IMG/VR virus record: IMGVR_UViG_3300031707_000003
Coordinates: 32,001-96,000 of that record
DNA length: 64,000 bases
Source of the DNA: a virus
Strand: one strand, 5' to 3'
Made by a program: the position numbers and the translations under genes. Under the pieces are notes generated by a model, which saw nothing but the letters and a program-made list of their open reading frames with translations, had not been told where the DNA came from and made no database searches. How positions within the stretch are numbered: the first letter of the stretch is position 1; each line of letters starts with the position of its first letter. Shown in pieces: positions 49,580-57,689 of this stretch.

Positions 49580-50107
49580 ATGCCGGACGATCCGAAGCCG
49601 ACCTTCTGGGCTACCGTTTGGGCAAAGCTGAAGTGGGCAGCCACGCAGTTCTTTGCCCCTGGGGTGGCCCTTGTCGTCATCATCGTGGCGATTCTCCTCG
49701 TCGCGATGGGGTGGAAGGAACTTCAGATCGGCGGCCTTCTTGGGAAGCTCTTCGGCAAGAAGGATCCGGAACAGCGGGCCATCGACGTCGCGAACTCCGT
49801 GTCTCCTGATCGAGTCGGACCTGATGGGAAGCTGATCCCGCAAGGTACCCCGGATTCGAAAGGGGATACCCAAGCGGTTGTCGTTCCCATCAACGATCCT
49901 GGGCTTTTCTCGAATCCTGATACGGTGACCTTCACGCCTCCCGGTGCGAGTAAGGCCGTTGAGATCCAGCTCCCGGATGGCGTCAAAGCGAAGGATGTCG
50001 AGCACGTCATCGTGGTCTCGCCCGAAGTCACGGTCGTGTCAGTGAAGGATACCTCGAACATCCCCGCTCAGAAGATCGACGACCTCCTCACGAAGTACGG
50101 GAGCTAG
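49580..50107 (+). CDS. Single-pass membrane protein (possible lysis accessory/i-spanin-like)
   Basis: N-terminal TM 'GVALVVIIVAILLVAMGW' followed by a soluble domain; adjacent to the holin-like gene. Confidence 0.5.
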   Translation: MPDDPKPTFWATVWAKLKWAATQFFAPGVALVVIIVAILLVAMGWKELQIGGLLGKLFGKKDPEQRAIDVANSVSPDRVGPDGKLIPQGTPDSKGDTQAVVVPINDPGLFSNPDTVTFTPPGASKAVEIQLPDGVKAKDVEHVIVVSPEVTVVSVKDTSNIPAQKIDDLLTKYGS

Positions 50108-50109
50108 CT

Positions 50110-50790
50110 GTGGACGACCTCGTACACCGTGTCGTGGAGCGCTTCCAACGAGAAGCCGCGCGTTGGGACAACGCGATGAACGGTACGTTCGTCTCGATCT
50201 ACTGGAACAAGCAGAAGTGGCGGGTCGAGGAGAGTGACACGCCTATTTCTGGGATGCGAAGCTTCACCGAAGCTCAGGATCTCGACACGTACGAGATGCC
50301 GACGTTGGAGAGGGAACTAGCGGGGAACGAGCAAGAGCGTCTCACAACCATCACCACTTCGACAATCCGGGAGTACGCCAAGATCCATAGTGAGGACAAG
50401 GGGCCGGTCGCTCGCGAGAAGATCATCAAGGGCTACGGGGCTGTCTTTGATGCCCTCGTCAAGCAGTGGAAAGAAGACGGGAACACGGAGAAGGTGGGGA
50501 AGTTCGAGAAGCTCCTCCCGACACTTCGGAAGAAGCTCGTTTGGAAGAAGGTCCACGGGGCCAAGACGGCGGCTGCGGCCAACATCTACGCGGACGATCT
50601 CGACGTGGGGTACATCGCTCAGCAAGTCGTGCTCTCCGGCAAGAGCCGGAATTGGGCCAAGCCTGAAGGGCATACGCTGAAGATCGCAGCGGACATCGAG
50701 AAGGAACTTGCGCCGTTCAACATCGGGATCATCGACGAAGCAACCGGCACGTGGGGCCACAAGCCCGGCGGCAGCCACTTCTATCGCTAA
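50110..50790 (+). CDS. Hypothetical charged protein (possible internal virion protein)
   Basis: 226 aa, GTG start, typical codon usage; N-terminus DLVHRVVERFQREAA. Confidence 0.6.
   Translation: MDDLVHRVVERFQREAARWDNAMNGTFVSIYWNKQKWRVEESDTPISGMRSFTEAQDLDTYEMPTLERELAGNEQERLTTITTSTIREYAKIHSEDKGPVAREKIIKGYGAVFDALVKQWKEDGNTEKVGKFEKLLPTLRKKLVWKKVHGAKTAAAANIYADDLDVGYIAQQVVLSGKSRNWAKPEGHTLKIAADIEKELAPFNIGIIDEATGTWGHKPGGSHFYR
50777..50786 (+). promoter_or_regulatory. Putative late promoter motif
   Basis: ACTTCTATCG 14 nt before GTG 50801; identical to 53278-53287. Confidence 0.4.
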
Positions 50791-50800
50791 GGGGGTTCCG

Positions 50801-51133
50801 GTGAGCTATTCCTACGACTGTCGTAACGCCGCGAGCCGGACCAAAGAGCACGCTGAGCGTGAAGAGGGTTGGCTTGCGAACGACCGCCGGGAGTTGAAGT
50901 CTCAAGTGAAGAGGCTCCAGAAGCAGCTCTCCGACGTCTGGACGGCCAATGGCGAGACACTCCGGTTGGCCAGGTCCCTTCTCGACAACAAGGCGTTCAC
51001 GAAGGCCGAGGGCGGCGAGAAGGCGACGGAACTCGTCAAGGGACTCGTCACGGCGATCGAAACGGCGGAATCACGTTCGTCGGACTTCTACAAGCTCATT
51101 CAGGTGGTCGGGAAGACAACCGAGGGGATGTGA
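50801..51133 (+). CDS. Small coiled-coil protein with an N-terminal YSYDxR motif
   Basis: GTG start after AAGGGGG; MSYSYDCRNAA followed by heptad helices (110 aa). Confidence 0.6.
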   Translation: MSYSYDCRNAASRTKEHAEREEGWLANDRRELKSQVKRLQKQLSDVWTANGETLRLARSLLDNKAFTKAEGGEKATELVKGLVTAIETAESRSSDFYKLIQVVGKTTEGM

Positions 51134-51138
51134 CTTCG

Positions 51139-51426
51139 ATGAGCGACCACTACTCCTATGACCGACGTGCGGACACGGGCCCGGCCTCACGGCTCAAGAA
51201 CGTCGAACCTCCCATCAAGGCAGCCGAGCGCGAGATCGAGAAGTCGAAGGGTATCCTTCACGGTCTCGTGAAGGAGATGGGGATGGTCGCCACGCACACG
51301 AAGGATGTGACCATCCAGAAGAACTTCAAGGCCGTGTCGGCCTTCGCCGATCGCCTCGATGGCATCGACAAGGACATGGACAAGTTCGTCGTCGACTTGG
51401 ACCATTTCCTGAGGACCTTCCGTTGA
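51139..51426 (+). CDS. Small coiled-coil protein with an N-terminal YSYDxR motif
   Basis: ATG 51139 after GAGGGG; MSDHYSYDRRA followed by helices (95 aa). Confidence 0.6.
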   Translation: MSDHYSYDRRADTGPASRLKNVEPPIKAAEREIEKSKGILHGLVKEMGMVATHTKDVTIQKNFKAVSAFADRLDGIDKDMDKFVVDLDHFLRTFR

Positions 51427-52028
51427 AGCGGCTTCTGGTCCTTCTCGTGTTGCTGACCGCCTTCTTGGCTCGGCCAGCGGGCGCGGAACAGACATGTCCC
51501 GAGGGGTCTACATGCGTTCCGCCTGAGGACCTGAAGGTTTTCGTTGAACTCCTCAAGGCACAGAAGTGCCGCGACGAGAACCCCCCGAAGCTTGTGCTCG
51601 ACCCGATCGTCATCGTCGTTGACAGGGAGGGGAGGGTCTACTATTCGGGCGGCGAGCCACGGCCATACAAGGTCCACGTAGACTGGTGCAACTACCAGAT
51701 CGACGCCTTGGGCAAGGTCCAAGTTCAAGTTGCTCAGCGGGTTGAGCCCACGTGGGGATTCCGATTCCGAGCCAAAGCGGCCTTCGGGTATCTGCCCATC
51801 GAGGCCCTTACGGAGAAGGATGCGGGGAGGGGTATCGACGGGGGTGTCCTCCTCGAACCGGTTTTCCTTCAATGGGCCAATTTCAACGTGTACGTCGGGG
51901 TACGGTCCGTCGGCACTGGTCTCGGGTTCGACGTGTTGAAGAATATGACCGTGTACCTCGGCTACGCTCTCGCATGGGGTACTTGGCGGTCCAATCCTCA
52001 TCTCGCCGTAGGTTTCGCGCTCTGGTGA
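51423..52028 (+). CDS. Secreted protein with a predicted outer-membrane beta-barrel C-terminus
   Basis: Sec signal MKRLLVLLVLLTAFLARPAGA; amphipathic alternating strands ending in 'LAVGFALW' (terminal aromatic residue). Confidence 0.6.
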   Translation: MKRLLVLLVLLTAFLARPAGAEQTCPEGSTCVPPEDLKVFVELLKAQKCRDENPPKLVLDPIVIVVDREGRVYYSGGEPRPYKVHVDWCNYQIDALGKVQVQVAQRVEPTWGFRFRAKAAFGYLPIEALTEKDAGRGIDGGVLLEPVFLQWANFNVYVGVRSVGTGLGFDVLKNMTVYLGYALAWGTWRSNPHLAVGFALW

Positions 52029-52031
52029 CCC

Positions 52032-52817
52032 ATGCCTTTCGTGTACCTCATCACTAACAACCTCTCCCAAAAGAAATACGTGGGGAAGGCTAACGTCCTG
52101 TCGGCTCGGTGGAAGGCACATCGAACCGACGCGGGACGAGAGCGCCCGAAGTCTTGTATTGGGTGGGCACTTAAGAAGTACGGCGTTGGGAATTTCACGT
52201 TCTCGGTTCTCGCTACATGCGTGACAGAAGACGAAGCGTACGCAGAAGAAGCTCGTTGGGTGAGGCTGTTTCAAGCCAACCAGCCGAGTGCGGGTTACAA
52301 CCTCGATTCAGGGGGTATGGGCGGGAAGATAGCCTCGGAGACTACTCGAAGGAAGCAATCGGACGCGCGTAGAGGGAAGTCTCGCCCCGCCGGGGTGATA
52401 GCGAAGATGCACACGCCCGAAGCCCGAGCGAAAGCGGCGTCGGCACGACGTGGTCAGCACCACACAATCGAGAGTCGGGCCAAAATATCAGCGGCGCATT
52501 TGGGCCGTCCGAAGTCCCCGGACGCGGTCGCGAAATCTGCTGCCAGCCACCGGGGGAAGCATCCCTCTCTTGAGGTCCGAGATAAGCTAAGCGCAGCTCA
52601 TAAAGGCGTGCCCCATACTCCCGAGCATCGCGCTCATCTAGCCGATGCCAATCGTCGGCGAGGATTGACCCAAGAAATTATTGCCCTGGTGCGTGAACTT
52701 GCTACACGGGGGCTGAAACAAATTGAGATCGCCGCTATGTGTGGCATCGGGCAAACAAGTGTGAGCCGTGTTCTTCGACGCGTTTCCTCAACCAGTCCAT
52801 GTTTGACGAGGTGTTAG
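52032..52817 (+). mobile_element. Free-standing GIY-YIG homing endonuclease with NUMOD3 repeats and a C-terminal HTH
   Basis: 'FVYLITN...KKYVGK...R...H', 'E..W', 'GYNL..GG'; six 'S/T.E.R.K.S.A..G'-type repeats; HTH 'GLKQIEIAAMCGIGQTSVSRV'. Confidence 0.9.
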
Positions 52818-52821
52818 TGAG

Positions 52822-53298
52822 ATGGGCGAATCGGCTGGACTTCACATCGTCATGGACGCGTACGTCGCGGACGGGGCTATTTTCACGAAACCGAAGCTGA
52901 CGGAGCTTTTCGCCAAGCTCATCACCGCGCTCGAAATGAAGGCTCTCGACAAGTCTGTCTTCTACGAGGTTCCGGTGGATCCGGCCGTGCTCGAACGGGT
53001 CAAGAAAACCGGGAAGTTCGAGGATGAGGGCGGCATCACCGGCATCCAGGTGATCTCCACGTCGCACATGTCTCTCCACGCGTGGCCGCTCCAGGAGTTC
53101 TTCTCACTGGACGTCTTCTCGTGCAAGACCTTCAACTCGGACCTCGCCCTTGGGATCATCAAGGAGACCCTGGGCGTGACCGAGGCGAGCGTCGAGATCG
53201 TCCACCGGAAGAAGCCCGAACGAAAGGCACCTGTCCGCCAGAAGCCCGCACGGATGGCGCACCGGCGACCCGAGAAGACTTCTATCGGTCAGGCGTAG
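52822..53298 (+). CDS. speD: S-adenosylmethionine decarboxylase proenzyme-like (pyruvoyl-dependent)
   Basis: 'G.HIVMDAY' and 'GGITGIQVISTSHMSLHAWP...SLDVFSCK' match the class 1B AdoMetDC signature (SH self-cleavage site). Confidence 0.85.
   Translation: MGESAGLHIVMDAYVADGAIFTKPKLTELFAKLITALEMKALDKSVFYEVPVDPAVLERVKKTGKFEDEGGITGIQVISTSHMSLHAWPLQEFFSLDVFSCKTFNSDLALGIIKETLGVTEASVEIVHRKKPERKAPVRQKPARMAHRRPEKTSIGQA
53278..53287 (+). promoter_or_regulatory. Putative late promoter motif
   Basis: ACTTCTATCG 13 nt before ATG 53301. Confidence 0.4.
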
Positions 53299-53300
53299 TG

Positions 53301-54461
53301 ATGGACCACTACGCCTTCCTGCTCGTCTCGATGACGCTGGAAGAAGCCAAGGAAACGCTTGGCTTTCTCCCCAGTGATCAACCGTCCGATCAGCAGGTCA
53401 AGGATGCCTGGAAAAAGAAGGTCTTCGAGGCTCATCCTGACCGTGGAGGGGATCCTGACAAGGCGGTAGCCCTCAACGTCGCCAAGGACGTCCTCGATGG
53501 GAAGCAGCGCCCGACCTACGACCGTTCGACGCCCTCCCCTCCAGGTGGCGGCTACACGCCCCAGGATGCCCCGAAAACGCGTTGGGAGAAGCCCAAGTCC
53601 CACAAGGTCACCTTCGACGAAGCCAAGTCCAAGGCCGGGATACCGCACGCAGAGTGGCAGTTCGCTGCGGAGATGAAGGGGACAAGCTACTCGACGGACG
53701 AGTCTTCCCGTGGCGACCGCTCGTACGTCATCTACGGCAGGACGGAATCGAAGCACATCTTCGTTGCGATGCGTCACCAGACGTACCAGACCTTCTACGT
53801 CGGCGGCGATGCGGACGAAGACACCTGGACCATGAAGGTTACCGACTACCCCGTCCGAGGGGAGGAGGGGAAGACACCTGCCTGGCTCTACGGCAACGTC
53901 GTCAAGGCGTTCAAGTCGGTCGGTGCGGACGGGCGGTTCAACTCGAAAGTCTTCGATCTGTCGGACAAGCACTGGGTCTTCAGCGAGAAGTTTCCAGCGA
54001 TGGGCTCGGCGGTCTCGATCAAGCACTGGCTCGTGGGATCAGGATCGGTGGCAGGGGACGACCCCTCGGTCGCGACCCGCAAGCACATCATCGAGCTGAA
54101 CCACGAGACGGATCGGCCGTACGCGGACCAGGGGATCAAACCCGGCTTCTTCGAGGAGCCCCACGAGCGCTGGAACTTCTGGGACAACACCTACCACGGC
54201 GACTTCCACAAGCTCACGCTTCTCGTGAACACCCGGCCGTACGACTTCTCAGCCGAGGAGACGAAGCGTTTTCTTGGTCTCAAGCTCGGCGGCAAGCGTA
54301 TCCTCAACGTGATCTACGGGGATTACCCTCGCGGGGGTAAGAAGATCGTCACCCGCCTGAAGGCCGCAAAACCCCTTCTGGAGTGGTTCGGGACGCACTT
54401 GCAAGGGCTGCCTCAGGATGCGAAGGACGCTCTTTTGACTGCGGCTGCCGCTGTGAAGTGA
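53301..54461 (+). CDS. J-domain (DnaJ-like, HPD) protein with a large unknown C-terminal domain
   Basis: Start probably at 53301 (or 53331). 'AKETLG...VKDAWKKKVFEAHPDRGGD...LNVAKDVL' is a J domain with an intact HPD. Confidence 0.8.
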   Translation: MDHYAFLLVSMTLEEAKETLGFLPSDQPSDQQVKDAWKKKVFEAHPDRGGDPDKAVALNVAKDVLDGKQRPTYDRSTPSPPGGGYTPQDAPKTRWEKPKSHKVTFDEAKSKAGIPHAEWQFAAEMKGTSYSTDESSRGDRSYVIYGRTESKHIFVAMRHQTYQTFYVGGDADEDTWTMKVTDYPVRGEEGKTPAWLYGNVVKAFKSVGADGRFNSKVFDLSDKHWVFSEKFPAMGSAVSIKHWLVGSGSVAGDDPSVATRKHIIELNHETDRPYADQGIKPGFFEEPHERWNFWDNTYHGDFHKLTLLVNTRPYDFSAEETKRFLGLKLGGKRILNVIYGDYPRGGKKIVTRLKAAKPLLEWFGTHLQGLPQDAKDALLTAAAAVK

Positions 54462-54462
54462 T

Positions 54463-54472
54463 CCGGTGTAGT
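54463..54472 (+). promoter_or_regulatory. CCGGTGTAGT motif, putative early/middle promoter
   Basis: Exact 10-mer 10 nt upstream of the SNF2 ATG; an identical copy lies at 57669-57678. Confidence 0.5.
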
Positions 54473-54482
54473 TGTGGGGGCT

Positions 54483-57400
54483 ATGACCCAGCCGAGCCCC
54501 TCAGCTACCGACAAGCATCTCGCCCTTGTTGACGAGATTCGACGGATCCGCGAGTCGAAGACCGTGGCGTTCAAGCGCCCGGCGACGCGGTTGAAGACCA
54601 CCATCGCCGGCCTCAATGGTCAACCGCAACCGTTGACCCTCCGCTATTACCAGGTCGTCGGGACGTTCAACCTCCTCAAGCTCCGCCGGATGCTTCTTGG
54701 GGATGGGACCGGGCTAGGCAAGTGCGAGGTGGGGAGCACCCTTCTTCTGACGTCCCAGGGGCTTCGCCCGATCGAAACCCTCGCCCCGGCCTCCCTTGAC
54801 CGTGCGTCATCCCCTGATGAGGGGTTCTACGACATGGATCACCAGGTCGACGTCTGGACCGGCCGGAGGATGGCAAAAGTCTCCCGCTTCTACTGGAGCG
54901 GGAAGAAGCCCACCCTCAAGGTGACCACTCGCAACGGGTACCAGTTCGAAGGGACGCTCGTTCACCCGATGCGAGTTCGCGATGAGGGCGGGGAAGCCTG
55001 GAAGGAACTCCGGTGGGTCCGCGAAGGAGACTTCCTTTGTGTGGGCCGTTCAGAGGCTCCGTTCCCCCAAGAAGATCCGAGAATTACGTTTGACGCCGCA
55101 GCCCTCTCCACCAACGCGAAGACGTATACCTACCCGACGATCTTGACGCCCGAGCTGGCGACGCTCCTCGGGTACATTGTGGCCGAGGGTCATAGCCGTA
55201 AGTATGGAGTAACCGTTACGCAGTTTCGCGATCTGAACCCGGAGCCCCACGAGGAGATTCGGGATCTCTTTCAGTCCGCCTTCGGGTGGGAGGGCAACTA
55301 CCATGACCTCGAACGTGACACCGCCATCAAGGTACCGAGCATCGGCATCCGTGAATTTCTCAGGACTCTTGGCATTGGGGACGAGCTTTCCCGTACCAAG
55401 TCGGTTCCCGATGTTGTTTTACGGGGAACCAGAGAATCGGTGCGCGGATTTCTCTCGGCGCTGATCGAGTCGGAAGGGTCCGTGGCCGACGGTGGCGGTG
55501 TTGAGTTCTCTTCATCCTCCGAAACCCTCGCGCGGCAAACCCAGCTTCTTTTGCTTCGCTTTGGGGTTATTTCGACCCTCTCCGAAAAACACATCAAGGG
55601 AAATGACCACACATACTGGCGGCTGACCTTCTTTGGCGATGACGCCCGACTCTACCAGGAACGAGTCGGGTTTCGATCAAGCCGTAAGGGAGATGACTTG
55701 AGGGCGAGTCTCGCAAAGACTTCGAACCCAAACAAGGATCTCGTACCTCACGCACAAGAGCCCGTTCGAGCCTTGAAAGCGCGGATCCTCGACGTCTCAT
55801 CGCGGTCGGGCGCCAACGATCGCCGCAAGGGGTCCGGGATCAAACAGTTCGGCGAGACCTTTCAAAGTACCCTCAAACACATCCTTTTGGGCCATCGAAA
55901 CCCAAGCTACTCTTGGCTCGTCAAGCTCTTGGGGGTCTCCCACGAACTTGGGTTGTCGACGTCCCCCGAGTACGAGGCGGTTCTCGCGCTGGTGCGCGAC
56001 CGGCACTTCTACGACCCCGTGGTGAAGATCGAACCCGGCGAAGCCGAGGTCATGGACATCGAGGTCGATGACCCCGAGCACTGCTACATCGCCAACGGAC
56101 TTCTGAGCCACAACACGGTCCAGGTCATCGCCTTCCTCTGCTACCTCTGGGAGTCCGAGCACGACAGCAAGGCGATCGTGGTCTCACCGAAGAGCGCTCT
56201 CCGTCAGTGGAAGAGCGAGATTGAGCGGTTCTCTACGGGTATCAAGTCGTTCGTTGTCTCCGGTAGCGCCGAGGAACGGAAAGCCATCTACGAGGCATTC
56301 CTGGAGCACCCCACGGGGCCGGATGCCGAAAAGGCTGTGCTCATCTTGAACTACCACATCCTCGTCCGGGATTGGACAGCCGGCAGTGTGAAGCCTCGCC
56401 TCCCGGACGGACAACCGGACCCCAAGCAGCCTGCCTCGCCTGGCCTGCTCGATGGGATGTTGGCGAAGCTGAAGAACCCGATCGTCATCTACGATGAGTG
56501 CACGGCCTTCAAGAACCCGAGCACGAAAACCTGGCAGGTATGCCGGTTCCTCGCGGACAGGGCGAATCGCGTCTATGGGCTCACGGCGACGTTGCTCAAG
56601 AACAAGCTCATGGAAGGCTTCTCGATCTACAAGGTCATCGTTCCGGAGGTCTTCAAGTCGAAGACCGCGTTCATGAACGACTACTGCGTCACGAAGCTCC
56701 AATCGATCGCCGGGAGCAACCGGAAGATACCGATTGTCGTCGGGTACAAGAACCTCGCGGCCTTCCGCGCCAAGATCGATCTCTACTTCCTCGGGAGGCC
56801 CAAGCATGTCGTCTCGGATGAGCTGCCCAAGCTCATCACGAAGGAGGTCACGTGTGTGATGTCCAAGGCCGAGGACGCCAAGTACAAGCAGGCGCTCTCC
56901 GGTGTCCTCGAAATGGGGGACGGGGAGGTCAAGGATTACGAGGAACACAAGGCGTTCGTTGCGCTCACGTACTGTCAGCAGGTTGTTGACTCTCTGAGCC
57001 TTCTGAAGTTCAAAGACGGGGACGTCATCGAGGACTTCCTCTTCGACGAATCGGTCAAAGTCGATGGACTGGGCTCGAAGGAGCAGGCCCTCGTAGACCT
57101 CATCACGGAGGAGTTCGACGAGGAGAAAGTCATCGTCTACACGCGCTTTGCGAGCCTCGTTCCACGTCTTCGGGAGATCCTGAAAAACGAGGGGATCAAG
57201 AGCGTCGAAATCAGCGGCAACGTGAAAGACACGGCCACGAACCCACGTCGGCAGCAGGCTCAGGAGGCGTTTCAGAACCAGGAGAGCGACGTCCGGGTCA
57301 TCATCATCACCGACGCCGGATCGGAGGCCATCAACCTCCAGGCAGCGTCAGCCATCATCTTCTACGACTCGCCGTGGTCCTGGGGGAACTACGTACAGCT

Positions 57401-57647
57401 CCTCGGCCGTCCGATCCGCATCGGGTCTCCGCACCAACACGTTGTGGCCGTGCACATCGTGGCGGAGCGGCCTCGGGACGCCAAAAAAGACCGCAAGACC
57501 ATCGACCACTACACGATCGAACTCCTTCAGCGGAAAAAGGACCTTGTGGATAAGGTGTTGGGAGAATCGGCCGTGGGCGCCCTCGACTTCGGGACGGGGA
57601 AGAGCTTCCAGGCGGAGCTGATCGAGAACCTTCGGACCGGGAAATGA
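54483..57647 (+). CDS. SNF2-family helicase/ATPase containing an intein
   Basis: Q motif 'LRYYQ', motif I 'GDGTGLGK/T', II 'DECT', III 'TAT', V 'AGSEAINL' and VI 'QLLGRPIRIG'. Confidence 0.9.
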   Translation: MTQPSPSATDKHLALVDEIRRIRESKTVAFKRPATRLKTTIAGLNGQPQPLTLRYYQVVGTFNLLKLRRMLLGDGTGLGKCEVGSTLLLTSQGLRPIETLAPASLDRASSPDEGFYDMDHQVDVWTGRRMAKVSRFYWSGKKPTLKVTTRNGYQFEGTLVHPMRVRDEGGEAWKELRWVREGDFLCVGRSEAPFPQEDPRITFDAAALSTNAKTYTYPTILTPELATLLGYIVAEGHSRKYGVTVTQFRDLNPEPHEEIRDLFQSAFGWEGNYHDLERDTAIKVPSIGIREFLRTLGIGDELSRTKSVPDVVLRGTRESVRGFLSALIESEGSVADGGGVEFSSSSETLARQTQLLLLRFGVISTLSEKHIKGNDHTYWRLTFFGDDARLYQERVGFRSSRKGDDLRASLAKTSNPNKDLVPHAQEPVRALKARILDVSSRSGANDRRKGSGIKQFGETFQSTLKHILLGHRNPSYSWLVKLLGVSHELGLSTSPEYEAVLALVRDRHFYDPVVKIEPGEAEVMDIEVDDPEHCYIANGLLSHNTVQVIAFLCYLWESEHDSKAIVVSPKSALRQWKSEIERFSTGIKSFVVSGSAEERKAIYEAFLEHPTGPDAEKAVLILNYHILVRDWTAGSVKPRLPDGQPDPKQPASPGLLDGMLAKLKNPIVIYDECTAFKNPSTKTWQVCRFLADRANRVYGLTATLLKNKLMEGFSIYKVIVPEVFKSKTAFMNDYCVTKLQSIAGSNRKIPIVVGYKNLAAFRAKIDLYFLGRPKHVVSDELPKLITKEVTCVMSKAEDAKYKQALSGVLEMGDGEVKDYEEHKAFVALTYCQQVVDSLSLLKFKDGDVIEDFLFDESVKVDGLGSKEQALVDLITEEFDEEKVIVYTRFASLVPRLREILKNEGIKSVEISGNVKDTATNPRRQQAQEAFQNQESDVRVIIITDAGSEAINLQAASAIIFYDSPWSWGNYVQLLGRPIRIGSPHQHVVAVHIVAERPRDAKKDRKTIDHYTIELLQRKKDLVDKVLGESAVGALDFGTGKSFQAELIENLRTGK
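54723..56114 (+). mobile_element. Intein with a LAGLIDADG homing endonuclease, inserted in the Walker A motif (464 aa)
   Basis: Starts with C (CEVGST); block B 'GTLVHP'; LAGLIDADG motifs 'LLGYIVAEG' and 'FLSALIESEG'; ends 'YIANGLLSHN' followed by extein T. Removal restores GLGK-T. Confidence 0.95.
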
Positions 57648-57668
57648 GGCGTCTCAGGGGTGACTCGG

Positions 57669-57678
57669 CCGGTGTAGT
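57669..57678 (+). promoter_or_regulatory. CCGGTGTAGT motif, putative early/middle promoter
   Basis: Identical 10-mer 11 nt upstream of ATG 57690, with no Shine-Dalgarno in between. Confidence 0.5.
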
Positions 57679-57689
57679 CTCCGCCCCAC

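Noticed and set aside
52808-52818. GAGGTGTTAGT upstream of speD resembling CCGGTGTAGT
   Set aside because: It is an imperfect match and is explained equally well as a GAGGTG ribosome-binding site.
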